Below are positions 19,216-28,639 of a stretch of DNA of 64,000 bases, piece after piece. The position numbers and the translations under genes are program-made. The notes beneath the pieces were generated by a model that was given only the letters and a program-made list of their open reading frames with translations, was not told the DNA's origin and did no database searches. Each line of letters opens with the position of its first letter. Within the stretch, counting starts at the first letter, position 1. Source of the stretch: Candidatus Marinacidobacterium sp. (GTDB lineage Bacteria > Acidobacteriota > Vicinamibacteria > Marinacidobacterales > Marinacidobacteraceae); contig OZ242011.1 of the NCBI GenBank assembly GCA_965204755.1, forward strand, positions 96,001 through 160,000. Direction: 5' to 3'.

Positions 19216-20610
19216 TCAGGGGTACGGGCCGCCGGGGCCCGGAGCGGCGCCGCCCCCTTCGCCGGGGCCGGCCTCCCCCCCGCAGACCTCGGGGCCGGCC
19301 GACATCCGGGCGAACACCGCCTCCGCCGCCCACCGGTGCCCGGCCCGGTTCCAGTGGAGGTCGCGCCGCGAGATGGACGCCTCCCGCGGATCGCCCCCGG
19401 CGCGGACGATCGCCTCGTGCTGGTCGATGACCGGGATACCCCGGGCCCCGGCCAACGACCGGACGGCCGCCACCGCTTCCCGGCCGGCGACCGCCGTCGT
19501 CCGGTGGGTGACGAGCAGCCACACCCGGGCGCCGTCCCGGTCCGCGCGGGAGCGGAACTCGTCGAGCGCGAAGCCGGTCAGCGCGACCGCCTCCCGATAG
19601 GCCGGCGGCAGGCGGGCCTCCCAGCCCTCCCGGCCTTCCCGGCCTTCCCGGCCCTCCCGGCCCTCCCGGCCGCTGCCGCCGGCGGCGAAGGCGCGCCCGA
19701 TCTCCTTCGCCGCCCAGCGGTACAGCGGCTCGCCGCGCCCCGGCCGCCAGTCCCCGAACGGCCAGGGGCCGGCCCCCGAATCCATCTCCTCCAAGCCGTC
19801 GGAGCGGCGGCGCTCGAGACGGGCATGGAACCCCGACCGCGCCCGGCCATAGACCCAGTCGGCGGCGTAGGAGACTTCGCGCAGGCGGAGGGCGAGGGCC
19901 CGAAGAGCCCGGGAAGCGGATACGGAGACGCCGAGGCCGGCCGCCCACCGGCTCGCCGCCGCGTCCGGATGCGGCGGGCGCAAGCGGATCGTCCCGTCCC
20001 CCTCCCTCGCCGCTGTCGCGTACGGCAGGCGCTCCGGGTCGTATCTCTCGCCGAGGGCGTACAGCATCGGCGCGTTGTCCGCGAAGTCGTTCAGGTGGAA
20101 GACCAGGACCACGAGTTTCGGCGACAGGCGCCGCGCGTAACGGTCGTAGAAGGCCAGTTGGTGGACTTGCCCGGTCCCGCCGCGACCGAAGGCGGAGACC
20201 GTGATCCCCCGGTCCGGAAAGGCCCGCGACGCGAGGCCTTCGAGGAGCGCCGGGAACTTGTCCTCCATGGCGACTTCCTTGGCTTCAACGAAGGAGTCCC
20301 CGATCACCGTCAGGTGGCAGCCCGCCGCCGCCCGCTCCGGGGAAGGAGGCTCCCGGTCCAGGAAGCCCCACGAGTTCGTCCGGGACACCGTCCAGTAGTC
20401 CTCCCCGTTCGTCCATCGCACTTCGCTGTCGGGCGGCGCCAGGAAGCCGACTTCCGGAACGAATTCCGCCGGATAGACGCTGTGCAGGAAGGGCCGGGTC
20501 GAGCGGAGCCGGACCTCGGCGGCGAGGGCGGCCAGGACGAGCAGTCCGCCGAGGACGGCGGCGTTCGCCCCGATCACCCGGAGCGTCCGCCGCCCGGCGC
20601 CGCGGGTCAC
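19216..20610 (-). CDS. Membrane-anchored SGNH/GDSL hydrolase-fold protein (paralog 4; recent duplicate of paralog 3)
   Basis: GTG 20610 overlaps the upstream TGA. VIGDSFVEAKEV, DLHWNRAGH. Long near-identical stretches shared with 17751-19172. Contains a 9-bp (GRE)n repeat near 19622-19670. Confidence 0.82.
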   Translation of the reverse strand: MTRGAGRRTLRVIGANAAVLGGLLVLAALAAEVRLRSTRPFLHSVYPAEFVPEVGFLAPPDSEVRWTNGEDYWTVSRTNSWGFLDREPPSPERAAAGCHLTVIGDSFVEAKEVAMEDKFPALLEGLASRAFPDRGITVSAFGRGGTGQVHQLAFYDRYARRLSPKLVVLVFHLNDFADNAPMLYALGERYDPERLPYATAAREGDGTIRLRPPHPDAAASRWAAGLGVSVSASRALRALALRLREVSYAADWVYGRARSGFHARLERRRSDGLEEMDSGAGPWPFGDWRPGRGEPLYRWAAKEIGRAFAAGGSGREGREGREGREGREGWEARLPPAYREAVALTGFALDEFRSRADRDGARVWLLVTHRTTAVAGREAVAAVRSLAGARGIPVIDQHEAIVRAGGDPREASISRRDLHWNRAGHRWAAEAVFARMSAGPEVCGGEAGPGEGGGAAPGPGGPYP

Positions 20611-22127
20611 CGCGCGTCCGCCGCGGGAACCCGGCGCGGCCGCCGTCCGAACAGGGCGTACGCGAGGAGCGCCCAGAGGCAGACGACTTCGAGCGGCCAC
20701 ATCGCGGCGCTGTATCGCAACTTCCCGAAGTTCAGCGCCGCGATGAGCGCGAAGTAACCGTGCGCCGAGACCGAGGCCGCGGCCGCCAGGGCGAGCAGCG
20801 GCCCCGGGCGCCCGTCCCGCCCGAGCCGCCGAAAGGCGGCGAGTCCGACGACGAGCAGCGAAGCGGCGAAGACCGCGAACACCGCGGCGCGGTGGGCCGA
20901 CCGGAGGGTTCGCGACCGGCCGCGGCTCTCCGGCGGCGGCGCCGCGGCGCGGGCCTCCCGGAACAGCGGCGTCGGCGCCGCGGTCCCGGCGTAGGCCCGG
21001 AAGGTCCGGGCGAACTCCGGCGAATGGATCGAGGTGTGGGTCCAGAGGGTGACCAGGTGGCGCAGCGCGTTCGCCGCCCACTCGCCGGGCGCGGCGAGCA
21101 GGGCGGCGCGGCCGATCTCCCCGGCGATCCGCTCCGGCGGAAGGTCCCGCCGGGACTCCGCGCCGGCGGCCAACCGCTCGAGCCGCGGGCGGAAACGCCG
21201 CCGGTAGGTCGGGTGCTGCAGCGCGGTCTCCGCCCGGCCGAGCAGCAGGGCGCGGAGGGCCGGGTCCGGCGCGCGGTGGACGAACTCGCGGAGCGGGGCG
21301 GTGTAGCGGCGCTCCTCCGCGAAGAAGCGGTCCACCGCCGGGTCGCCGAACGAGTCCGGCGCCGACGGGATCAGCAGCGCCTTGGCGAAGAGATGGCGGT
21401 GGACGATGTTGGGGCGCTTCCCGATCTCCCCGCGCGCCGCGGAATGGGCGCGGCTCTCCCAGGCGATCCCCGCGGCGATCGAAACCGCGCCGAGGGCGAG
21501 CAGGAACCCCCGCCGCCTCGGGCCGGCGGTTCCGAGGTCGCGCCAGAGGAGCCAGAAGACGAGCGGCCAGGCGAGCAGGAGCAGCGCCCCGGAGGGCCGG
21601 ACCGCCACCGCCAGGCCGGAGCAGAGGGCCGCGGCGGCGAGCGGCGCCGCCCGGGGGCGCGCGGCGAAGAGCGCCAGCGCGCCGACCGATCCCATGACGA
21701 GCGGGACGAAGAGGGCCTCGGAGAGGATGTAGGCGTGGAACCGGGGGACGGCGGCGGCGGCGAGGAGGCCGGGCAGCAGGAGGAGCGCGAACCGGGGGGC
21801 GCCGGCGGCGCGGCCCAGCGCGAAACCGAGGAAGGCGAGCGCCGCCGCCGTCAGGACGAGTTGGGCGCGGGTGACGCCTTCGAGACCGCCGAGCCGGGGA
21901 AGCGCCAGGTCCAGGAAGACCGGGTACCCGGCGGAGCGCCCGGCGTAGAAGTCCAGGTAGGAGCGGCTCTCCTCGAGCACCAGCGGCGTCTCCCCGAACG
22001 GGGAGAACGCGCCGCCGCCGATCGGGTTCGACCAGAACAGAGCGGTGTAGATCGCTCCGGCGAGCGGCCAGCACCAGGGCGCGAGACGCCCCGACGGCCC
22101 GCGGGGAGAGCGGGGCGCTTCTTCCAC
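20607..22127 (-). CDS. Multi-pass membrane protein, GT-C-like (paralog of 9317-10870)
   Basis: ESRSYL..SAGYPVFL, ILSEALFVP, AVAVRP, HLFAKAL, LRYSAAMWPLEV. Confidence 0.72.
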   Translation of the reverse strand: MEEAPRSPRGPSGRLAPWCWPLAGAIYTALFWSNPIGGGAFSPFGETPLVLEESRSYLDFYAGRSAGYPVFLDLALPRLGGLEGVTRAQLVLTAAALAFLGFALGRAAGAPRFALLLLPGLLAAAAVPRFHAYILSEALFVPLVMGSVGALALFAARPRAAPLAAAALCSGLAVAVRPSGALLLLAWPLVFWLLWRDLGTAGPRRRGFLLALGAVSIAAGIAWESRAHSAARGEIGKRPNIVHRHLFAKALLIPSAPDSFGDPAVDRFFAEERRYTAPLREFVHRAPDPALRALLLGRAETALQHPTYRRRFRPRLERLAAGAESRRDLPPERIAGEIGRAALLAAPGEWAANALRHLVTLWTHTSIHSPEFARTFRAYAGTAAPTPLFREARAAAPPPESRGRSRTLRSAHRAAVFAVFAASLLVVGLAAFRRLGRDGRPGPLLALAAAASVSAHGYFALIAALNFGKLRYSAAMWPLEVVCLWALLAYALFGRRPRRVPAADAR

Positions 22128-22133
22128 GGGCCG

Positions 22134-24047
22134 CTAGTCGGGCGCGAACTGCAGCCGGTGGGTTTCGGCGCGGAGCCCCGCCGGCTGCTCCCGCTTCCAC
22201 AGGAAGAAACCGCCGACGGCGAGAGCGTCGAGTTCCGTTCCCATGAAACAGCGGAAGGCGTCTTCCGGGGTGCACACGATCGGCTCGCCGCGCACATTGA
22301 AACTGGTGTTCACGAGCACCGGACAGCCGGTTTTCCCGTAGAACGATTCGAGCAGCGCGTGGAAGAGCGGGTTCGTTTCGCGATGGACGGTCTGCACCCG
22401 GGCGGAGCCGTCCACATGGGTGACGGCCGGGATTTCGGACCGCTTCTCCGCGAGGAGTTCGAATCCGGTTTCCGCTCCCCGCGCGGCGCGGGCGGGCGGT
22501 TCCACCGCGAGGCGCCGCTTCCGATGCACCTCGGCGACGAGCAGCATGTACGGGCTCTCCCGGTCGAGTTCGAACCAGTCGGCGGCCTCCTCGGCGAGGA
22601 CGCTCGGCGCGAAAGGACGAAACGACTCCCGGTACTTGATCTTCAGGTTCAGGTTCCGCTGCATGTCCGGGGATCTCGGGTCGGCCAGGATGGAGCGGTT
22701 GCCGAGGGCGCGCGGTCCGAACTCCATCCGCCCCTGGAACCAGCCGAGCGCCCGGCCGGCGGCCAGCGCCCCGGCGGCGGTTTCGACCAGGCCGTCTTCG
22801 TCGAGGACCTCGTACCGCGCCCCCCGGGCGTCGAGCGCCGAGCGGATCGCCGCCTCGTCGAATTCCGGCCCCAGGAAGGCGCCTTCCATGGCGTCCCGAT
22901 CTCCGGAAACGACGGACGGAGCGGGAGCGGCGCCGGCCCGGCGTCCGCCCTCCCGACGGCGGGTCGAAGCGCGGACGCGGGGGACGCCGAGCAGCCGGTG
23001 GCTCGCCGCCAGCGCGGCGCCGAGCGCCCCTCCGGCGTCTCCGGCGGCGGGCTGCACCCAGATCCCCTCGAACCGGCTGTCGCGCGCCACCCGGCCGTTC
23101 GCCACGCAGTTGAGCGCCACCCCGCCGGCGAGGCACAGGTTGCGAAGCCCGGTCTCCTCCCGGAGCGACCGGGTGAGCCGGAGCACCGCTTCCTCGACCA
23201 CCGCCTGCACCGAAGCCGCGAGGTCCCGGTGCCGCCGGGTCAGCGGCTCGCCGGGCCGGCGCGGCGGGCCGCCGAACAACTCGTCGAACTTCCGGTTGGT
23301 CATGGTGAGGCCGGTGCAGTAGTCGAAGTAGTCGAGGTCGAGGCGAAAGGTCCCGTCCGGCTTCAGGTCCAGGACCCGGTCGAGGATCAGCGGGGCATAG
23401 CGGGGCTCGCCGTACGGCGCGAGCCCCATCACCTTGTATTCCCCGGAGTTCACCTTGAACCCGGTATGGAAGGTGAAGGCGGAATAGAGGAGGCCGAGCG
23501 AATGCGGAAAGTGGATTTCCTTTACCACCTCCAGGTCGCCGCCATACCCGATCGCCGCGGAAGTGGTGGCCCATTCCCCGACGCCGTCCATGGTGAGCAC
23601 GACCGCGTCTTCGAACGGCGACGGGTAGAAGGCGCTGGCCGCGTGCGACTGGTGGTGTTCGGCGAACAGCAGGCGCTCTTCCCAGGGGGCGTCGGGAGCG
23701 ATCTTCCGGAGTCGGCGGAGCAACAGGTTCTTCTGGAACAGTTTCTCCGTGATCCAGATCGGCGCGGCCAGCCGGAACGAACGAAACCCCTTGGGCGCGA
23801 ACGCGAGCCCGGTCTCCAGCAGCCGCTCGAACTTGAGGAACGGCTTGTCGTAGAAGACCACCCGGTCCACGGCTTCGGGCGCGATCCCGGCGCGTTCGAG
23901 ACAGAACGAGACCGCCCGCTCCGGATAGTCGGCGTCGTGCTTTCGCCGGGTGAACCGCTCCTCCTGGGCGGCGGCGACGATCCGCCCGTCCTCGACCAGG
24001 GCGGCGGCGCTGTCGTGGTAGAACGCCGACAGGCCGAGGACGCGCAA
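22134..24047 (-). CDS. O-carbamoyltransferase (NodU/CmcH/SxtI family)
   Basis: LGLSAFYHDSAAAL, QEERFTRRKH, EHHQSHAASAF, DGVGE, GEYKVMGLAPYG, GGVALNCVANG, EFGPRALGNRS, NTSFNVRGEPIV. Confidence 0.95.
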   Translation of the reverse strand: MRVLGLSAFYHDSAAALVEDGRIVAAAQEERFTRRKHDADYPERAVSFCLERAGIAPEAVDRVVFYDKPFLKFERLLETGLAFAPKGFRSFRLAAPIWITEKLFQKNLLLRRLRKIAPDAPWEERLLFAEHHQSHAASAFYPSPFEDAVVLTMDGVGEWATTSAAIGYGGDLEVVKEIHFPHSLGLLYSAFTFHTGFKVNSGEYKVMGLAPYGEPRYAPLILDRVLDLKPDGTFRLDLDYFDYCTGLTMTNRKFDELFGGPPRRPGEPLTRRHRDLAASVQAVVEEAVLRLTRSLREETGLRNLCLAGGVALNCVANGRVARDSRFEGIWVQPAAGDAGGALGAALAASHRLLGVPRVRASTRRREGGRRAGAAPAPSVVSGDRDAMEGAFLGPEFDEAAIRSALDARGARYEVLDEDGLVETAAGALAAGRALGWFQGRMEFGPRALGNRSILADPRSPDMQRNLNLKIKYRESFRPFAPSVLAEEAADWFELDRESPYMLLVAEVHRKRRLAVEPPARAARGAETGFELLAEKRSEIPAVTHVDGSARVQTVHRETNPLFHALLESFYGKTGCPVLVNTSFNVRGEPIVCTPEDAFRCFMGTELDALAVGGFFLWKREQPAGLRAETHRLQFAPD

Positions 24048-24051
24048 GGAC

Positions 24052-24201
24052 TCAGAAGATCGTGTAGATCATGGGCGCGACGGCGGTGGTCTGGGCGAGC
24101 GCGATCAACCCGGCCAGCATCAGCAGGGTCACGATGACCGGAAACAGCCAGTACTTCTTGCGCACGCGCAGGAAAGCCCACAGTTCGCGGAGGAAAGACA
24201 T
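24052..24201 (-). CDS. Small membrane protein, DUF5989/SxtK-like (49 aa)
   Basis: Hand translation MSFLRELWAFLRVRKKYWLFPVIVTLLMLAGLIALAQTTAVAPMIYTIF*. RKKYWL and APxIYTIF are typical of the family. Confidence 0.85.
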   Translation of the reverse strand: MSFLRELWAFLRVRKKYWLFPVIVTLLMLAGLIALAQTTAVAPMIYTIF

Positions 24202-24279
24202 GCGGTGTCCCCTTTTCGGTGTCGGTGTCGCGATCGGTCGTCGGTTCCGCGGGAGTCCCGGGAGGTCGGTTCCCCCGGT

Positions 24280-24741
24280 TCAGAACTGACGCGTCAGGGA
24301 ATCCGGGGCCGGACCGGGCGGCTCCCGGAGGATCCAGTAGGTCTTCGCGGAGGGCGCCCGCGAAAGGCGCAACGGGTCCTTGCCCAAGGCCCGGCCGAGC
24401 AGCGCGATCGGGGTGACCACCCCGAAATAGATCCCGCCGAGGATCACCGTCTGGGCCACCGGCTGGACGAAGCGGCGCAACAGCGACCCGAGGCGCTGCC
24501 AGAGGAAGTGGAGCGGCGCGAGCAGCCCGGGGGCGGCGAGCGAGAGGAGGAGGAAACCGGCGGAGACGGCGAACGCCCAGGCGCGGAAGGGCCGCCCCCC
24601 GAGCATCGGCAGGGCGCCGAGCGCGGAGAAGGCGACGACCATGACCAGCCCGAAGGCGCGGTCGGAACTCGGCGCCGGCGCGGTCGCCCGGCCCGCCCGC
24701 TCGTGGGTCTGGCGCTCGTGCGTTTCGATGCTTCTCGGCAT
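24280..24741 (-). CDS. SxtJ-family membrane protein
   Basis: SDRAFGL, IYFGVVTPIALLGRALGKDPLRL, TYWI, C-terminal RQF. Start re-called at ATG 24741. Confidence 0.85.
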   Translation of the reverse strand: MPRSIETHERQTHERAGRATAPAPSSDRAFGLVMVVAFSALGALPMLGGRPFRAWAFAVSAGFLLLSLAAPGLLAPLHFLWQRLGSLLRRFVQPVAQTVILGGIYFGVVTPIALLGRALGKDPLRLSRAPSAKTYWILREPPGPAPDSLTRQF

Positions 24742-24962
24742 GTGGGGCGGTGGTCGGTCCGGCCGGCCTCGCGGCGGTTCCCGGGGCGGGCGGCGCGAAT
24801 ATCCTACGCCCGCCCGCTCCTCCCCCCACCGCAGCGACTGCGGACCCGCCCGCCCCGGCGGGGCGCTCGATCCGGGTTCCCCCGGCCCGCGCCGGCCGCG
24901 CGGCTTCGCCGGTTGCCGGAGCGGTCCGCCCCCCTTATCGAGTCGTCCCACCCCGCACCGCA

Positions 24963-26132
24963 GTGGCCGCGCGGATCCTCTGCCTCGTTCCCGCGCTGGA
25001 ACACGCCCACTACTCGCGGCGGGCGGCGATGCTGCAGCGGGCCGGCTTCGCGGTGGAAGCGATCGGCTTCGACCGCGAGGGGCGGCCCGGCGGCGGCTTC
25101 GCCTGTCCGGCCACCTCCCTCGGCGCCTTGCCCCGGGGGAAGTACGCCCGGCGCCTGCTCCTCCTGGCGAGGGCCCTGCCCCGTCTCCGCCGGGCCATGC
25201 GCCGCGCCGACCTCCTCTACGCCTTCGGCCCCGACCTGGCCGGGCTGGCCCTGCTGGCGGCCGTTCGCGTCCGGGGGAGGCCCCTCGCTCCGGTGGTGAT
25301 CGAGACCCCGGACATCCGGCCGCGCCAGACCGGCGACGGCGCCGTTTCGCGGATCCTCCGCTTCGCGGAGCGCGCGCTGACGGCCCGCTGCCGGTTGCTG
25401 GTCCTCACCGCCGCCGACTACCGGATCTACTACCGGGAGTGGCTGCGGGTGGAGACGCCGAGCCTGCTGGTGGAGAACAAGGTGGCCCCCGACGCCGCCG
25501 ACGCCTTCGATCCCTCCTCGTCGGCCCCGCCGCCGGGGACGCCGTTCCGCGACCGCCCGCTGCGCCTCGGCTGGTTCGGCCTCCTCCGCGACGACTGGTC
25601 CCTCCGCCTGCTGGAGGCGCTCGAGCGGGACTTCCCCGGCCGGTTCGAGTTCACGGTGGCCGGCGCCCCGGCCCCGGTCCTCCCGGATTTCGAGCGGCGC
25701 GCCGCCCGCCTCGCCGGGCTCGATTACCGGGGGCCTTACCCGCAGGAACAGGCGCCCTCGCTCTTCGCCGGAGTGGACCTGGCCCTCGCGTGCTACCCCC
25801 CGGGGCCCCCGCACTGGCGGTGGTCGCGATCGAACCGTTTCTACCTGGCCTGTCTCGCCCGGACCCCGCCGGTCACCCGGGCCGGCACCGCCGACGCGGC
25901 GGAGGCCGAACGGGAGGGGCTCGGCCCCCTTCTCCGCGACGGCCGACCGAGCCGGGCCGCCGCCGCCCTCGACCGGATCACCGCCGACGACCTGGCCCGC
26001 TGGCGCCGGAACCTGGGGCGTCTCCCCCGGGCCCGCTATGTCGCGACGCCGGAAGACGACGCCCGGCTGGCGGGCGCGCTCGGCGCCGCGGCCCGGCGTC
26101 CGGCGGGCGTCCCCCCGGAGCGGCCCCGTTGA
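24963..26132 (+). CDS. GT-B glycosyltransferase, ExoL-like
   Basis: RRAAML..GFDR, ETPDI, LLVENKV, LGWFGLLR, YRGPY, WSRSNRFY resemble succinoglycan ExoL. Start GTG 24963. Confidence 0.65.
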   Translation: MAARILCLVPALEHAHYSRRAAMLQRAGFAVEAIGFDREGRPGGGFACPATSLGALPRGKYARRLLLLARALPRLRRAMRRADLLYAFGPDLAGLALLAAVRVRGRPLAPVVIETPDIRPRQTGDGAVSRILRFAERALTARCRLLVLTAADYRIYYREWLRVETPSLLVENKVAPDAADAFDPSSSAPPPGTPFRDRPLRLGWFGLLRDDWSLRLLEALERDFPGRFEFTVAGAPAPVLPDFERRAARLAGLDYRGPYPQEQAPSLFAGVDLALACYPPGPPHWRWSRSNRFYLACLARTPPVTRAGTADAAEAEREGLGPLLRDGRPSRAAAALDRITADDLARWRRNLGRLPRARYVATPEDDARLAGALGAAARRPAGVPPERPR

Positions 26133-28639
26133 CGGCGCTCCGGGCGCTCGCCGGGCGTCAGGCCGACCGGGACCGGGTCGCCTCGTGGCTCCTTTCCGCC
26201 TACTTGGGCTCGGCCCCGGCCTACCGGCTCCCCGGGCTCGAACGGGAACTGCTCGACGGGCTCAAGATCGCGGCGTGGGTCGCGGCGGTCGGCCTGGTGC
26301 TCCTCCCCGCCGCGCTGGAGGGGCGGCTGAGGCTCCCGCGGCGGATCTTCGGCCCCCCGGCGTTCGCCGCCGTCGCCCTGCTGACCGTCCCCGGGCTGGT
26401 CCGGGCCAGCGCCGGCGTGGACATCGCGCGGTTCGTCCTGGACATCGGCGCCGGCGTGGTCTTCCTCTGGTGCTTTTTCGACCTGGCGCGGCGCGGGTTC
26501 GACCTCCGGCCGCTCCTCCTGCGGGCCGCGCTCGTCGTCAGCGCGCTGGGCGCGGTGTCCCTGGGGCTCGTCCTCACGGAGATCCCGAACTGGAGCCTTC
26601 CCTGCCGGGCGCTCTACTGGATCCCCGCCGCCCTGGGCTTCGGGGTCACCCGCACCGGGTGGTCCATCGGCCTCGGACTCCTGCTGCCGGCCCTGGCGCT
26701 GACCGCCGGACTCCCCGGCGGGCGGAGGAGCCGGGCTCTCCTCGCGGCCGCGGCGGCGAGCGGCGCCGCGGTGATCCTCGCCAGCCAACTCGCCTCCGGC
26801 GGCCGCACCGGGCTCGCCCTGTCCGGGATGACGGTGCTGGTCTTCCTGCTGCGCCGCCCCTCCCGCCGACTGGCGCTCGCGCTCCTCGGGGTCGGGCTGG
26901 TCCTCGCCTGGACGGCCCTGGACCGGACCTGCCTTCGCCATCTCAAGGTTCCGGCGCCCCTCGCCGCAGCCCGCGCCCCCGAGGGGCCGCCGGCCTGGTG
27001 GACGCCGAGGATCCTCCGCCCGCTCCCGCCTACGGTGGCGCAGTACTACACGGCCGGTCTGAACCGGGCGCGGAACACCGGGGACACCCTGAATTTCGTC
27101 GGCGGCCACCGGGTCTGGCAGTTCGACCTCTCGGTCGAGCGGATCGCGGAGCGTCCGCTCGTCGGCCACGGCTGGCGGCAGGTGCTGTTCCGCGAGACCT
27201 ACGAAGACCGGCTCGTCGAGGTGCACAACCTGTGGCTCAAGTGGGCCCTCTACACCGGGCTCCCGGCGCCGCTGTGGTTCGCCTTCCTCGCGCTCTCGAT
27301 CCTCGCGGCGGCGGTCCGGCTCGCTTTCCGGCTGCGCCGGACGGAGGAGGCGGGGCTCGCCGGAACGCTGGCGCTCATCGTGTTCCTCGGACTGTTCGCT
27401 TCGCTCTTCGAGGGGTCGGTGCTCGTGGGCTCGTTCCACCTGACGGCCATCTGGTGGGGCGCCGCCGGGGCGGCGCTCGGCCTCGAAGCGCGCCTCCGGG
27501 AGCGGGAGCGGACCGACCGGTCTCCCCCCGCCGCGAACCGGCCGGCCGGGACGGCGGACGCGCCGATCCTCCCGGGGGAGTCGCCGCCGATTTCCATCGT
27601 CATCCCCGCGCGGAACGCCGAAGAGACGCTTCCGGCCACGCTCGAGGCCGCCCGGGCCCAAGACTACGCCGGCCCGGTCGAGGTCGTGGTCGCGGACGGC
27701 TCGGATACCGGCGCGACGGCCGAACTCCTGCGGCGGCGGTTCCCCGAGGCGCGGCGGGTCGAAAACCCGGAGCGGACGACGCCGACGGCGCTGAACCGCG
27801 CCGTCGCCGCCGCCTCGCACCGGATCCTCGTCCGCTGCGACGCCCACGCGGTGCTCCCGCCGGGCTACCTGACGCAGGCGGTCGCGACGCTGGCCCGGAC
27901 CGGCGCCGCCAATGCGGGCGGGACGCAGGCCCCGGCCGGGCGGACCCCGTTCGAACGCGCCGTCGCCCTCGCCACCGGCACGCTGCTCGGCGCCGGCGGC
28001 GCCCGGTGGCGGATGGGGGGCCGCGAGGGGCCGGCCCACACGGTGTACCTCGGCGCGTTCCGCCGGGAAGCCCTGGAGGCGGTCGGCGGCTTCGACCCCT
28101 CCCTCCTCCGGAACCAGGACTACGACCTGAACCGGCGTCTCCGGGAAGCGGGCGAGACCGTCTGGTTCGACCCGGAACTCTCGGTGGCCTACCGGCCGCG
28201 CTCCGACCTCCCGGCGCTGGCGCGCCAGTACTTCCAGTACGGCTGGTGGAAGCGGGTCGTGCTCGACCGCTACCCGGAGTCGAACCGGTTCCGGTTCTGG
28301 CCGGCGCCCCTGCTCGTCGCCGGGCTGGTCTTCTCCGGTTTCGCGGCGCTGCTCGGCTCGCTCCTCCCGCTCGTCGGCGGCGGCGCCCTCCGGGGGCCGA
28401 CCCTCGCCGCCGCCGCGGCCGTCCCGGTCACCTACCTGGTCGCGGTCCTGCTCGGCTCGCTGCTCGCCGGGCTCCGCCGCCGGGACCCGGCAGCCCTGCT
28501 GCTGCCGGTCGTCCTCTCCGCGATGCACCTCTGCTGGGGCGCGGGGTTCTGGCTCTCCGGCTGGCGCAGCGCCCCGCCGGAGGGGCTCGGCGCCCGGTCA
28601 GCGGGAGGCGCCGGCCGGGTCCGCGGAAGCCCCGCCTGA
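26129..28639 (+). CDS. Fusion: O-antigen ligase/polymerase-like membrane domain + ExoA-like GT2
   Basis: TTG 26129 overlaps the upstream stop. N-half has SGGRTG, ERPLVGHGW, EVHNLWL. C-half has ISIVIPARNAEETL, VADGSD, RCDAHA, NQDYDLNRRLR, LARQYFQYGWWK. Confidence 0.8.
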   Translation: MTALRALAGRQADRDRVASWLLSAYLGSAPAYRLPGLERELLDGLKIAAWVAAVGLVLLPAALEGRLRLPRRIFGPPAFAAVALLTVPGLVRASAGVDIARFVLDIGAGVVFLWCFFDLARRGFDLRPLLLRAALVVSALGAVSLGLVLTEIPNWSLPCRALYWIPAALGFGVTRTGWSIGLGLLLPALALTAGLPGGRRSRALLAAAAASGAAVILASQLASGGRTGLALSGMTVLVFLLRRPSRRLALALLGVGLVLAWTALDRTCLRHLKVPAPLAAARAPEGPPAWWTPRILRPLPPTVAQYYTAGLNRARNTGDTLNFVGGHRVWQFDLSVERIAERPLVGHGWRQVLFRETYEDRLVEVHNLWLKWALYTGLPAPLWFAFLALSILAAAVRLAFRLRRTEEAGLAGTLALIVFLGLFASLFEGSVLVGSFHLTAIWWGAAGAALGLEARLRERERTDRSPPAANRPAGTADAPILPGESPPISIVIPARNAEETLPATLEAARAQDYAGPVEVVVADGSDTGATAELLRRRFPEARRVENPERTTPTALNRAVAAASHRILVRCDAHAVLPPGYLTQAVATLARTGAANAGGTQAPAGRTPFERAVALATGTLLGAGGARWRMGGREGPAHTVYLGAFRREALEAVGGFDPSLLRNQDYDLNRRLREAGETVWFDPELSVAYRPRSDLPALARQYFQYGWWKRVVLDRYPESNRFRFWPAPLLVAGLVFSGFAALLGSLLPLVGGGALRGPTLAAAAAVPVTYLVAVLLGSLLAGLRRRDPAALLLPVVLSAMHLCWGAGFWLSGWRSAPPEGLGARSAGGAGRVRGSPA

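Noticed and set aside
19216-23574. Apparent giant proteins (19216-23574, 11055-14402, 24641-28639, 47242-50559, 52176-55391, 16759-19116)
   Set aside because: Only part of each (mostly the 3' portion) is protein-like. The upstream parts overlap other real genes, so starts were re-called, mostly at stop/start overlaps.
22134-24741. Saxitoxin biosynthesis cluster
   Set aside because: Only sxtI/J/K-like genes are present. There is no sxtA, sxtG or other core gene, and the context is glycan modification.
28598-28639. 42-bp overlap between convergent genes
   Set aside because: The overlap involves low-complexity C-terminal tails, which is common in high-GC genomes.
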